Shown: positions 10,512 to 23,278 of the stretch, one piece after another
How the letters are laid out: the number at the start of each line of letters is the position of its first letter
How positions within the stretch are numbered: position 1 is the first letter of the stretch
Assembly (NCBI RefSeq): GCF_006345805.1
Contig: NC_043010.1
Location: forward strand, 41,912,001-41,976,000
Source: Octopus sinensis
Lineage: Eukaryota
Reading direction: 5' to 3'
DNA: 64,000 nt
Translations under genes and position numbers: made by a program
The notes under the pieces: generated by a model
The model's input: the letters and a program-made list of their open reading frames with translations, nothing else
Database searches by the model: none
Told to the model about the DNA's origin: nothing

Positions 10512-13409
10512 TTGTTTTAATATATTGGTATATTGAAGATTGTAGTTGAAATAGCATCTAATTATATCGATCGAACTTTGTTTATCCCTACAGTTTCAAA
10601 TAAGCCTTTTATCGTCATGTTCTCCAGTACACCAAGAATAACCTAGGAATGTAAATTTATTTTTAGAACAGCTGTAGTGTAGTTTTTATTACTGTAGTAA
10701 CGAAAGCTGTACACTCAAATGTGGACCACTCACAGTCTGATCTATAGCAGTAGTGCAGGTGATTATAACAGCAGCGTAAACATCACAATGACTATATGAT
10801 CAACATCCCATTTTGATGTGTAAATGTCAAAAGAGTTGACCATCATGTTTCAAGATTATCGCCCGAACCGGCATTCATCAAAGGCTATTTGCTGTTTACA
10901 GGAAAATAGTCTGCAGGGAACCGTGAAATCCTGCCACTGTAAGCTAAAGAAAGTACACTTTATATAAAAGCAGATGCTCAACATAAAACACAAGGAAAGG
11001 ATATATATTGGAGGCTTAAACTGGATAATCACGAAATAAGCTGTCACTCATAATTCGTTTCAAGTAAGGATTCTTTTTGTTTGAAGATAAACTTTTGACA
11101 CGGATGTTCATAAATATTATATGAATTTTAATAAACCACTATATGAACTGTAAAGCTACATTAGTTGTTTTCGTTTTCTCTAAAGATGATAACATTGACC
11201 TTTCATGAAACCAATCTCGAAACGCCTACGAGGTCGCAGAACAAAACCTGATAGTTGAACTAAAAGTGAAAGACTACTTAAAAACTTAAACATAGATTTT
11301 TTTTACAGAAAACGCTAATTCTCACATGCTTCATGAATATTAATAAGGTCTCTCAGAAAAAGATACATAATTTTCTGCTATATCATTCCCAAACACAAGT
11401 GCAACAATTTCATAAGAACACAATCTCTTTGACTTGCTCCAGAAGAATATGAAATAAAAACATATACGCGTACGAATCTGAGATTTTCATCCAGTCGCTC
11501 GACTGGTTAGCACCCCAGTTGCTTTCGCATCGCATCCTATCGAAATAAAATAGAACGTATATTTTGGCAGCGTAATTCTTGATGTACAAAATATACGGCT
11601 CGAACAGCTTTAATTATAATTGTCGACCAAGGTTTACTTTGAGGTTAAAAACAACATCCTATATACACAAACATAGCAGAAACAACAGTAGCTTCAGTAG
11701 CGCTGGTGACTTCTTTAGGGTGCAACATCAAATATAATTACAGCGGAGCGGTAGTTGTCGTGTTAAGTTCGATCACACTGGCCTCAAATTTGAGTGGCCA
11801 TTAACAAAACCTATAGGTGTAGACAAAAAAGAAAATTTAATTTGTCTAGCCTGTAACACTCTTTCAAATTAAACTTTCTCAATGTATTCTGCAGCGCTCA
11901 TCACTATAGGTTGGGCCGAATTGTTTTTGTGTAACTAACTGTTATAGTGAGCAAAATTTATCAAGAAAAAGACATTGGAAAAACACCGACGTTTGGGGAA
12001 TTTTGCTTTGTCACAAGCATTCAAATGCGTTTTGACTGTACATTAAACATATATTGCTGAACATTTTCTTTCACTCGTCTAAAATAATGGTAGTTATAAA
12101 ATGACTCTTTCGACATCAAATTATTACTTTGTATAATTAATTTGTTAGTATGACATTATATGAATAGCTCAGATCAATCGTTATCGCCCGAAGTCTTTTT
12201 ATTACAAACTGTTACACTACCTGCCATAATTCATTGAGCTAAATATGCTATTTCTTTCAAAAGTAATTGAAGAACCATTTATGAAGCCATAGAAATTTGT
12301 TCCACATTTACATTAAGAACTGACACATATCCAGTTGGTATTTGATATTATAGTGCCATGTGTTCACATCTGTTTCTCTGTTAGAGTGTATTAGTAAACA
12401 AATTACAGATATCATATCAGTCAACAAGTATCAATAATAGCAGAAACGTACAAGCTCACTTAAATGTCAAATGAATCAGTACCGCTTGTAAAATTTAATT
12501 AGCCAACATTCTCGTCTCTTATTTGTATGGCTCTGGTATCCCTGTGATATTTTATGCAAATAGTATTCTTACTAGCGAAAAATGTAGGAGAAATTATGCA
12601 TCTGTAATTTATTTACTAATGAAAGATGATTTGTATAACTTCCATCTGTGACTGCTTTTGTAATGAAGCATGTTGAAAAGCACAAATTATATGAATTTAT
12701 TGGCCAAGGCATGTTTTTGAGTTTTTGTGGGCAAAGAAATATAAAATTATAGCAGTTACGTTTTGTAACATGGAATTAGTGTAGCAAGTAAAATGGTGCC
12801 AACTTGGAATCCAAAATATTACCGCATTCACCAACCGCTATAACATTATAATAATTGAATTAGTATGAAACAAACAGTAGGACATATTTGATACGCATTA
12901 TTTATTAATATAGTTTTGAAAATTCAGTTATATGCAATTTTTATTTATTATGCGCCTTATCTAATAAAAAACCATTAAATTTTATGTACGTTTAAAGCAA
13001 GGAGCTGATTATGCGAGAATGTTACATCATTGCAAAACTTAATAAATGTGAGTAGCAGTAAAAGTTTGCAGCATAATAGCAATGTTGTAAAGCAACAAAA
13101 GAAGGCATGTTTTTTTTATAAAGATCATTCATTTTTATCATTTTCTATGAAGTCAGTATCATCTACGGTATCCGAGGCAGGCTTATTATATATTTAACGG
13201 CATTGGGTGGATACTCTAAAATATCTTTTGAACGGACTCTAGTATCTAAGATCTGACTGCGTCCCTTTTTATCCCACGTGAGGGACGATACATTATGATA
13301 TGGTTGTTTTTTCAAAACTCTTTCATATTGCAGCTTTTGTTGATTTTATTTGTGCCAGGCACATAAATAGCATTTGTATTTGATCCTCAGAGATTGTATC
13401 ATCGAGTGG

Positions 13410-14885
13410 ATCTCAGTTGGTGGGAGGGTTTACCTAGAGGATTTAGATGAAGGAAAGACCGTAGTGACTGTTATAAGTATGTGTACGAAACAGTGAGGCC
13501 AAATATAAACCCTTCCTTGACGAATTCACTGCAGCCATAATTGTAATTAAGGCTGAGCTATTTGTTCTAGAAGGAGGCGTCAATGCACATGTTGGCGCTG
13601 AGCACTGGACACAGAAAGGAATGACTGAAAGGAATGGTGACCATGAACTCAATGCGAATACCCTACTAGGATTCCAAACTGGAAATGGACTCTCTATTAT
13701 GAACACATTCTTCCAATAGAGGGATAGCTGTAAGTATATCTGGTATAGGGATAACTAGTGACAGAGGTCAGTGACAGATTTGTGACTGACCTCCAATCGA
13801 TTTGATTCTGTGTTGGGTGTTCGTGTTAAGAGGGGACGGAGCAACCAACTGATAGTCACCTAGTTGTCTGCAAACCTGAGACATAGTACAGCAGGGGAGC
13901 TCACGGAACTGGTAACAGGATAAGGTGAGATGAGAAAGGGAAGATATCGAAACAAAGTAGAAATTGTTTTGTTCAAAAGTTTATTCTTCTATACAAATCT
14001 GTTGACGAAAGCCATCGGTGCAAAAGAAATTCCTATTTAACCCGGGAGTTAGAAATGCTATTGGAGCAAAGAAGGGGGCTTACGAAGTTTGGATTGAAAT
14101 CAAGTCTCCCCTTCTACGTAGGAGGTGCACTGAGGCACGAAAAGTTGTAGCAGAGACAATAACAATGCCAATGGTTAAATCATGGGAGGACTTTAGACTG
14201 AAGCTGAACTCTGACTTTAGATTGGTCAGTAACGTATTATGGTAGATCATTCGTCCCCTTTCTTAATAAGAAACCCCAGCTGACATTAAGAACTCGGCTA
14301 GAGTTATTTTATATAGGGAGAGGAGTATTCTTGGGAGGTAGGGAAAATATTTTGCTGATCTCCTAAATCCAATCACGATAAAAGGTTCCTCTAGGAGCGA
14401 TGACTAGCTCAATAATACGTCAGTTCCAGCATTAGCTCCACAGAAGAGTAAAAAAACTAAACTCGTTATCTTTTATACGCTTTCAGTGCCTATCCTCAAC
14501 AATGTTCATGAATGGTAAATAATGGACTAAACACGTACGATCGCGAATAGAATCAGCTGAAATGGAGTTCCTCGGAAGGATTTGTGGAGTAACTTCTCGA
14601 CCGGGTGCTAAGCTGGAATATCAAGAAGTTCCTCCTGTTCGAGCTCTAGCACTACAGACATGTAATTAGAATGTCCCAAGAAAGGATCAGTGCCAACTGA
14701 TAGAAGATCTAGGCATATACCAAGATGAGTGGATAATATCCATAGCCTCAGTTGATCAAGCTTGGGAAACCCTCCAGAAAGTCTAATGACGGTTGTTTCT
14801 GATAGGATCTTTTGGAAAAGTGCCTCAGGTCACTACTCTCTTTACCCTCTCAGAAACAGTGGCGGAGAAAATGAGTGGATGGATG
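13410..14885 (+). mobile_element. Old, internally deleted RTE-clade LINE (APE endonuclease remnants plus post-RT C-terminus)
   Basis: Frameshifted motifs G.VNAHVG, LSIMNTFF..R...KYIWYR, VLGVRVKRG, SHLVVC, then RSRIESAEMEFL.RICGVT. Ends in ggat repeats. Confidence 0.7.
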
Positions 14886-15900
14886 GCTAGTACTATCCAG
14901 TATTGGACATAAGAAACAAAAAATAACTGATTTGTAAAGATACATTTTAATACGTTATAGATCACATCTTAGTTACATAACATTTTTATATGAAATTTTC
15001 GAATTCCTATGCAACAACAGGAATTACGGTCTCATTCTTCTAAAGTTGCTTGAATATCTCCATAGTAACATCATTAGTCACGCTTATTTCTCTCCAGAAT
15101 TTGTTTTTTTTACAAATGATCAGTACTTATTGATGAAAGGTTACACGCCATGAAGTTTTTCACAGATAATTTTCCAATAAGAAACATTACCGATTCTCCG
15201 CGTAGATAAACTGCAGTAATTGTCTTCTTAAGAAACGCAACGAAATGCCATTAAATCTCTCTATTTTTTTTCCATTTCACATTTCTTCATGGGATATTAT
15301 TTCCAGAAATCACTTTGTTAGATTGGTTTTCTCAATTTTTCTCAAAATCACTATCTCAACAATAGATATGCATCATCATATCTCTAGTTCTTCACATAAA
15401 TGATTTAAAAAAAAGAAAGAAAACATATTCTTGTTCTCTTCGTGTGCTTTCTTTGATTTCTGCTAGACTATATTTCAGGACCGATAACCTAAGTAACACA
15501 AAATCTGATTTCCATGAAAGCAATTTCATAGAAAATACAAAACGTACAAAGAAAGAGTATTAGAAATTTTTTGACAACTTAATCCGGTTCAAATGTATTT
15601 CAACCTATTCAATATGTCTTCTTTCCTGATTGACGCTTTTTCTTATATGATTTAATTCCTGTAGTTTATTTTCTCTAATCAACATACGAATCACTTACGA
15701 AATATTTTTTCATAATAGAAACAAATGATCTTACAACCAAACTTAATATTACTCGTAACATTCATGAGTAGCAATACGATCCCGTTAAATAACTTAGATA
15801 GATAGGCCATTAAGAAATGGTTACAATTGTTACTCGTAGATTCTACAGTTCATTTCAAGGTACTAAATAGTTTTCTCTTATTGAGCAATAAACTAATATT

Positions 15901-16155
15901 CTTTACTCTTTTTTTACTCTTTTACTTGTTTCAGTCATTTGACTGCGGTCATGCTGGAGCACCGCCTTTAGTCAAGCAGATCGACCCCGGGACTTATTAT
16001 TTGTAAGCCCAGTACTTATTCTATCGGTCTCTTTTGCCAAACCGCTAAGTGACAGGGACATAAACACACCAGCATCGGTCGTCAAGTAATGCTAGAGGGA
16101 CAAACACAGACACACAAACATATACACACATACATACATACATATATATATATAT

Positions 16156-16226
<71 letters not shown>

Positions 16227-16388
16227 ACAGGCTTCTTTCAGTTTCCGTCTACCAAATCCACTCACAAGGCATTGGTCGGCCCGGGGCTATAGCAAAAGAC
16301 ACTTGCCCAAGATGCCACGCAGTGGGACTGAACCCAGAACCATGTGGTTCGTAAGCAAGCTACTTACCACACAGCCACTCCTGCGCCT
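15901..16388 (-). mobile_element. Full-length SINE family S2 (tRNA-like head, CORE-like segment, internal (TA)n, Nin-like segment, (AAAGAGT)n tail)
   Basis: Head aggcgcaggagtggctgtgtggtaag...gggttcagtccc on the minus strand. Tail ctttactctttttactctttac on the plus strand. Confidence 0.9.
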
Positions 16389-16659
16389 TAATTACGTTTT
16401 CCCTTCACTTTTTCTTCCGTATAGTACTCTCGTTCTAATATTATACACGCGCGCACGAATAAACAAAAATGCACTCACGTTTATCATATTAAAAGTTAAC
16501 AGTTAAAATTGAGTTTCACCTTTGGCTGAGCGGTTCCCGACTGGAGTAGAGAAAAGGATAGCAGTTTTATAAAGCTATCACTACGTTAGCTATATCAAGG
16601 TGGGTTGTGTTTTAAATGTCTGGAGTTTGATTTAAATATGTAAGATTTGTATTGGAATT

Positions 16660-16812
16660 TATTGTTGGCGTTAGGAAGGGCATCCAGCTGTAGAAACACT
16701 GCCAGATTAGACTGGAGCCTGGTGCAGCCTTCTGGCTTCCCAGATCCCGGTCGAACCGTCCAACCCATGCTAGCATGGAGAATGGACGTTAAACGATGAT
16801 GATGATGATGAT
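16660..16812 (+). mobile_element. RTE-type 3' end / SINE tail with (GAT)n
   Basis: ggcgttaggaagggcatccagctgtagaaac...ggacgttaaacgatgatgatgat, the typical RTE-like tail ending in short tandem repeats. Confidence 0.7.
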
Positions 16813-17181
16813 GTCTATATGGAGGGAGACACTTCTACTTTCTTCTGATTATATAGGAATATATGGGAAATAAACTTTATTTATTAAAGGGTAAGTTAAA
16901 TTTTCTAACAAGCTCGAGCCCTATATCATACATTCTCTGAACACTTATGTAAACATAAATCTAAAATGTAACCAATGACATTACACTTCTCCATGAAAAA
17001 CATATCCATACCCTAGTTTAACACAAAAACCTACAAGAGTAGAGAGCTGCACAAAAGGAGTTGACGTAAAACAAAAAAACTACCGTTATGAAAATATAAC
17101 AAAGATACCAAAAAGAAAAAGAAAACATTACTCTGAATTTTGGATCTATCATCCGACATTATTTTCTAACACTTCGACTTG

Positions 17182-17390
17182 TGGAGGCACATGGCCTAGT
17201 GGTTAGAGCAGCGGACTCGTGATCGCGGGTTCGAATCTCAGACCGGACGATGTGTGTATTTATGAGCTAAACACCTAAGCTCCACGCGTCTCCGGCAGAA
17301 GGTAATGGCGAAACTTCTGTTGACTCTTTCACCACAACTTTCTCTCACTCTTTCCTCATGCATCTTTCAGCTCACCTGCGAAGGACCGGT
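17182..17390 (+). mobile_element. S1-related SINE, 5' part
   Basis: A box tggcctagtgg and B box ggttcgaatc. The body matches S1 (ctctttcaccacaactttctctcactct). Confidence 0.75.
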
Positions 17391-17402
17391 GGTTAAGACC
17401 TG

Positions 17403-17546
17403 TGATATCATCGTTAGCTGAAATTATATCCTTAAGTGCAAGGCGGATTTTACCAATTATTTTCAGGTTTTGGTTAGAATTGCGGATTTTTGGGAGAGTA
17501 TCGCGTTCATTCATACTGGTTTCTTTCTCTTGTTATTCAGTGCGGG

Positions 17547-17547
<1 letters not shown>
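17403..17547 (-). mobile_element. Short fragment of a Dong/R4 N-terminal ORF region
   Basis: Minus-strand frame ERDTLPKIRNSNQNLKIIGKIRLALKDIISANDDITGLN resembles the R4/Dong pre-RT region. Abuts the (TAA)n. Confidence 0.3.
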
Positions 17548-17579
<32 letters not shown>

Positions 17580-18950
17580 TTTTTTTTTTTTTTCTTCTTT
17601 CAAATTTTCTTCCATTTCTTGCCGAGTGTCTTCCCGACTCCTAGGGCAAAGAAACTCATAGTGTATATTGGTAGGCCATTAAACCAAACTCAGAAGTTCG
17701 TTAATTTTTTTTTTTTTTAAAGTTAGATTAAAATACATGAGCAGCAACAGTTCTCACATCGACAATGCTCTTCTCAATACGTGTGATGTACCAGTTAAGA
17801 CAATCTTTTGCACTTCTTGCAGGGATGGTAAGCCAGGGATCATTCTCATATAATTTTCGGTTCCCTTCTTGATCATTCCTAGTGCTCCTACGATCACTGG
17901 TATTGTAACCGCCTTGAGATGCCACATTTTCTCAATTTCAATGAGTAGGTCTTTATATTTTCTGAGCTTGTCAAACTCTTTCGCTGAGATATTATGATCA
18001 CAGGGGATGCTCATGTCGATCAATAAGCAAACTTTATTGTTTTGGTCTTTCACAACAATATCTGGTTTATTGGCCTTGATGGTTCGGTCTGTATGTACTG
18101 GAAAGTCCCACAGAATGGTTACATTTTCTCCTTCAGTTACAGCCTCAGGGTGGTGATTATACCACTTGTCGGCAGTTTTGATATTGTAATGCCGACTTAT
18201 TAGCCAGTGGAGATATTGGCCAACTCTGTCATGTCTTAATTTATACTTCACTGGTGCTAAGACTTTACATCCAGAGATTAGGTGGTCCACTGTTTCAATC
18301 ATGTCGTTGCAGAATCGGCATTTTGGGTCTGCTCCATTTTTCATCACATTGGCCTGGTAGTTCCGGGTTAATAGGCTTTGGTCTTGAGCAGCCAGGATGA
18401 AACCTTCGCTCTCTGCTTTTAGCCCTGAGCTCCGCAGCCACTGATGGGTTTGCTTCTGGTCAACATCAGCTTGTTTGCTGCGGGTCACATATTTGCCGTG
18501 CAGAGGTTTCTCCTCCCACCTATCAGCCAATTGCTCGTGCGCTTTTTTCATTGCCATCATTTTCACCTTCTTTGCAACAATAGTTGCCGTACTTCCCTCG
18601 GGTTGTTCAGTTTGGGTATCCTGCACGAGATCAATAGCAAATTTTTTGCTTTCCTTGATGATAGAATGAATCTTCTTTCGTCTCTCGTGATTTTCCACGA
18701 GCTTTAGCATCCAGTCATTCGATATTTCGAGATATTTGGCCAGTCCAATTGTGGTTGTTTTGTAAGTTAGTTCAAATTGGATCAGGCCTCGACCTCCTTG
18801 GGCTCTGGGAAGGTAAAGGCGATCTACGTCTGCCTTTGGGTGGTGCATCCTATTACAACTCAGCAGCTTGCGTATTTTTCTATCTATATTCTTTACTTCA
18901 CTCATATTCCAGTTCAACACATTGTAGCTATAAGTAACAACTGGAACTGC
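17580..18950 (-). mobile_element. 5'-truncated Dong/R4-clade non-LTR retrotransposon inserted in (TAA)n
   Basis: Fused directly to (TAA)n at 18951. 3' UTR and poly(A) followed by (TAA)n at 17548-17578. The ORF carries a CCHC finger and a restriction-like endonuclease. Confidence 0.9.
17754..18920 (-). CDS. Dong/R4 ORF C-terminal 388 aa: post-RT region, CCHC zinc finger, PD-(D/E)xK restriction-like endonuclease
   Basis: Motifs RLYLPRAQGGRGL, LHGKY, AAQDQSL, CRFC...ETVDHLISGC, RHD, KPDIVV...IDMSIP...KLRKY, IPVIVGALG. No stops or frameshifts; the frame stays open to 18950 (AVPVVTYSYN). Confidence 0.92.
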   Translation of the reverse strand: MLNWNMSEVKNIDRKIRKLLSCNRMHHPKADVDRLYLPRAQGGRGLIQFELTYKTTTIGLAKYLEISNDWMLKLVENHERRKKIHSIIKESKKFAIDLVQDTQTEQPEGSTATIVAKKVKMMAMKKAHEQLADRWEEKPLHGKYVTRSKQADVDQKQTHQWLRSSGLKAESEGFILAAQDQSLLTRNYQANVMKNGADPKCRFCNDMIETVDHLISGCKVLAPVKYKLRHDRVGQYLHWLISRHYNIKTADKWYNHHPEAVTEGENVTILWDFPVHTDRTIKANKPDIVVKDQNNKVCLLIDMSIPCDHNISAKEFDKLRKYKDLLIEIEKMWHLKAVTIPVIVGALGMIKKGTENYMRMIPGLPSLQEVQKIVLTGTSHVLRRALSM

Positions 18951-19383
<433 letters not shown>

Positions 19384-19388
<5 letters not shown>

Positions 19389-20332
19389 TCACTGCCTGAA
19401 ACCTTGGGGTTAGTAGCCCGCTCTATTAACCACTACGCCATATGCCCGTGGACAATTATGGAGTGAATTTTTAGGGCTTACAAATCAAATATTTTCGTAT
19501 CCTTTCTTAATACCGGTTCCCATATGCTATTCATACTCGGTCTGCTTAGCAGGTTGCTGCTGCTTCTTTTAGTTTTCATATTTTCCAGTGGTGTTCTCTG
19601 TCTATTATTTTAACTTCATCCCACAGTGGGAGGTGGTCTCCATTTTTCCGTACATGATCAGCTATACCCGATTTATCAATATCTCCGCGTGTCACAGCTT
19701 TGCAATGTTTCTCTACCCTTATTTTGAGGGGGTGGTATGTTTCACTTTTGTATAACCTACCACTGTTGCATGGGATGGGGCACACGCAGTTTTTTTGTCA
19801 TATTCTCTTCTATTGGTGGTTTTACCCGAAGGAGATATTTGCGAAGTGTTGTATTACTCCTGAATACTGTGCTGATGTTACATGGGCCGCGTATCTTTTG
19901 TATCTTTTCGGAGAGGCCTTTCACATAGGGTAGACAGACTGTAGACAGTTTATTGGTTTCATCCCCTCTTTTCGTCATAATTGGAGTAGATAGTATGTTT
20001 TGGGGATTGTTGTTACTTAATAGATTGTTACTGAGCTTGATCATTTCTTCGTGCTGGGTATCACGATCGCTGCTTATATTCTTCGCTCGATGTTTTAGCT
20101 ACTGAGCAATCCATCTCTTTACACTGTACGGATGGTAGGAATTGAAGTTAATGTATCGTCCAGTGAAGGTCGGCTTACGATATCCGGATGTCCTGAATCC
20201 ATACTTGGTGCGTGTTATTTATACGTCCAGGAATGCTAGCTGATTGTCTTTTTCCTTTTCTATTGTGAACTGTATGGATAGCTCTATTGAGTTCACATGA
20301 TCTAACAGCACTTGGACATCTTCCTGGTGGGG
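19384..20332 (-). mobile_element. Penelope-like element (Poseidon-type) 3' part: RT thumb, GIY-YIG endonuclease and terminal tRNA-like segment
   Basis: PHQEDVQVLLDHVNSIELSIQFTIEKEKDNQLAFLDV, YRKPTFTGRYINFNSYHP, CLPYVKGLSEKI, then PIPCNSGRLYKSETYHPLKIRVEKH...SGIADH...WDEVKIIDREHHWK. Several stops and frameshifts. Confidence 0.85.
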
Positions 20333-20650
20333 CTTGAGAATTTGGCTTTAGGATCAACTGCACTAAAACCAACACTACGGTTACGATATGTTGATGACAC
20401 TTTTATACTACAGTTCAATTTCAGGCAGTGACCTGACTAAGAATAAGAATAGCAATAAGAATAATAACATCGAAAACAACCATAGGAATGAGAACCTAGG
20501 TTCGAAATTTCCCCAAGACACCTGATAAAGGCTGGAGGTTATATCAACCGAAACGTTGTGTCAACAACGGACAAGATGAGGACAAATATCCGTCAAATGT
20601 AAATAATGTATATAATGTACATAATTCCTCATCTCTTAAATATAGAACAG
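20333..20650 (+). mobile_element. Inverted 5' arm of the Penelope-like element: RT YVDD segment joined to a B-box/(TAA)/HHR terminal module
   Basis: The plus strand 20333-20409 reads LENLALGSTALKPTLRLRYVDDTFIL, which directly precedes (W)PHQED of the minus-strand body. 20411-20650 matches the module at 57152-57423. Confidence 0.8.
20517..20562 (+). ncRNA. Degenerate minimal type I HHR, family A
   Basis: gacac-CTGATAA-a-ggctg..caacc-GAAA-CG-TT-gtgtc. Stem I is perfect; G8 of the core is mutated. Confidence 0.6.
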
Positions 20651-21847
20651 TGTTTTTATTTGTATATACGTTTTCCGCATATGTATATGCATGTGCGTAT
20701 AAACAACGTTTTGTACATCTGCGTATGTATGTGTGTGCGCGTAGAGATGTATATATGAGCGTATATATACATATTGTACAGAAGGCATTTTTGCCTTTTA
20801 TACAAATAGAAAAGTGGATGTTGTTTTGTTTAGTTTAGGAATGGGAAAAGAGAAAAGAGGAAGAAAGGATAGGTGGGGAGAGAACAAAACAACGTCCTCT
20901 TTTCGATTTGTATAAAAGGCAAGAAAATTTTCTGAAGAGTCCTATTTAGCTGACAAAAGCGCTAATAAAACAATTATCCTAAAGTCTGATTGCCTCCTGT
21001 TTCTTAATAGACAATATCTGCACATCACTTCAAACATTCAATACATACATACATACATATATACATACATACATACATACATACATACATACATACATAC
21101 ATACATGCATACATACATACATGCAGGGTAAAGTCAAATAAAAAACAGAGAAAAAGAAAATAACAAACAAACGTGCGGACGTAGCACAAGCAATGTATTA
21201 ATATGACGCTCGGTGAAAGATTAGAGTTGTTGTTTTACGTTCCGAGTATAGCACTTCATGGGAAACAAGAAAAGCAGCAAAGTCCAAAGGAAAAGAAGGA
21301 GGAAAGATCGCCTAACAGTCTATGTACAGTAACATTTCTGAAGTGACCGGAAGTAAAAGGAGGAAGAGAAAGGGCTTTCTGGGCCAAGAGAGTGTGATGT
21401 TGATCGGTGTGTGTGTGGGTGTGTGTGGTAGCGTGTGTATATATTCTAGCGTGTATAGCAGTAACTACGTGTGTGTGCGTGCGTGCGTGGTAGCTGTGTG
21501 TGTGCATGATCTCATGTGTGTATGTATGTGTGTGTTTGGTGTGTGTTTGCATGTGTGCGTAGATGGAAGGGTCAATAGCAGTGGTGTGCAATGTTTTACG
21601 AAAAAATAAAACTATAATTGCCATTAAATATGACTAAGGGTGTTAGAAATACCCACATTGCCAGAAACATGAGCAGTCAAACACATAATAATATATATAC
21701 ATACTAACATGGATCGTAATCACCGGAAAGCAGCAGTTGAGACATCCCATGTTGATCGGTCAGTTTCAGTTTCTCGCCGTAGCCTCTTAATTGGGGTCGG
21801 CTCGACTAGGCTGATTCCGGCCAAAAATCACTGCCGGTATATATATA

Positions 21848-22241
21848 TCTTTATATATAAAAGAGAGGTTGTGTGCTGTCTGTCTCCTACGATTTAGATT
21901 CCTAACTACTCCCACATTTTGCGGTTCAGTTTAACCAAAACCGGGTATCTTATAGTCGTGATTCATATCGAGCCCTTCTGGGTATTAGCGCGCGTCTACG
22001 ATGAGTCTACGATTTAAAAAAAAATTACCATCAATTTTTCCCATTTTTAATGCATTTTTAGCATATATAAGGGAAGTAACTCTCTAAAAATTTATTATTA
22101 AATCTCAGAACGTAAAAAGCTACAGTAACACCCCACTTTATAGTTAGCCATATTGAGATGGCTATTATACTTTACATCTCTAAAAATGCTTATATAGTTA
22201 TTTCCCTTACAAACCCGAGCAACGCCGGGCGATACTGCTAG
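21848..22241 (+). mobile_element. Non-autonomous Helitron-like element (394 bp)
   Basis: 5' TC after A, 3' CTAG before T, subterminal hairpin cccgagcaacgccggg ending 8 nt before CTAG, no TSD, inserted in (TA)n. Confidence 0.75.
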
Positions 22242-22299
22242 TATATATATATAAATCTGCGAATGATTTAGTGAATCGGTAATGTGTATAAAAATAATT

Positions 22300-22455
22300 A
22301 ATAATAGCAGCGGTGTGCAATGTTAGATAGACAGCCGACAACTGATAAAGGGTCATTCTTTGTATTACTTGTCTTTTTTTCTCGTTATTTGCGTATTTAA
22401 CTCATTTGTTTTCACGTTTCATGTTGTTTACTGTTGGTGACGTCCTGTACCCATA
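22300..22455 (+). repeat. Interspersed repeat family C (second copy at 38152-38315, -)
   Basis: gccgacaactgat(a/g)a...gacgtcctgtacc is shared by both copies, and both abut (TA)n/(CA)n. Confidence 0.7.
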
Positions 22456-22587
22456 TATGCACACACACACACACACACACACATAAATATACATATATAT
22501 ATATATTATTTATATTATTATGCAATTGAACGCCACGCATCCATTACCAAGTAAGTTTATATATGCATATATATATATATATATATA

Positions 22588-22634
<47 letters not shown>

Positions 22635-22763
22635 TGTGTGTGTGTGTGTGTGAGTGTGTGTGTACAGTAATGGTAAGACAACAAAAGAATGAAAGAGACC
22701 TCGATATTATGTAAATAGAGGAATTTATTTGTAATATAATATGTGACAATTATTCGGTTGCCA

Positions 22764-22826
22764 TGGTAATACTCCGAGTTTCGGATGTCGGGGCGGAGAC
22801 CTGCACCAGCATCTCTTCAGTTATCG
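22764..22826 (-). ncRNA. Type I HHR-like motif, family B
   Basis: cgataa-CTGAAGA-gatgctgg...ccgacatc-c-GAAA-CTC-g-GAG-TA-ttacca. Core intact, stem I weakened. Confidence 0.55.
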
Positions 22827-22961
22827 AGGCAATTAAAACATGCTATGAAAATGACCGTTAAACAAAGGGAAATTGCCCTGTCATCATTTTATACATATAC
22901 ATATACATACACACATATATATATATATATACATACAACACACACACACACACACACACAC

Positions 22962-23278
<317 letters not shown>

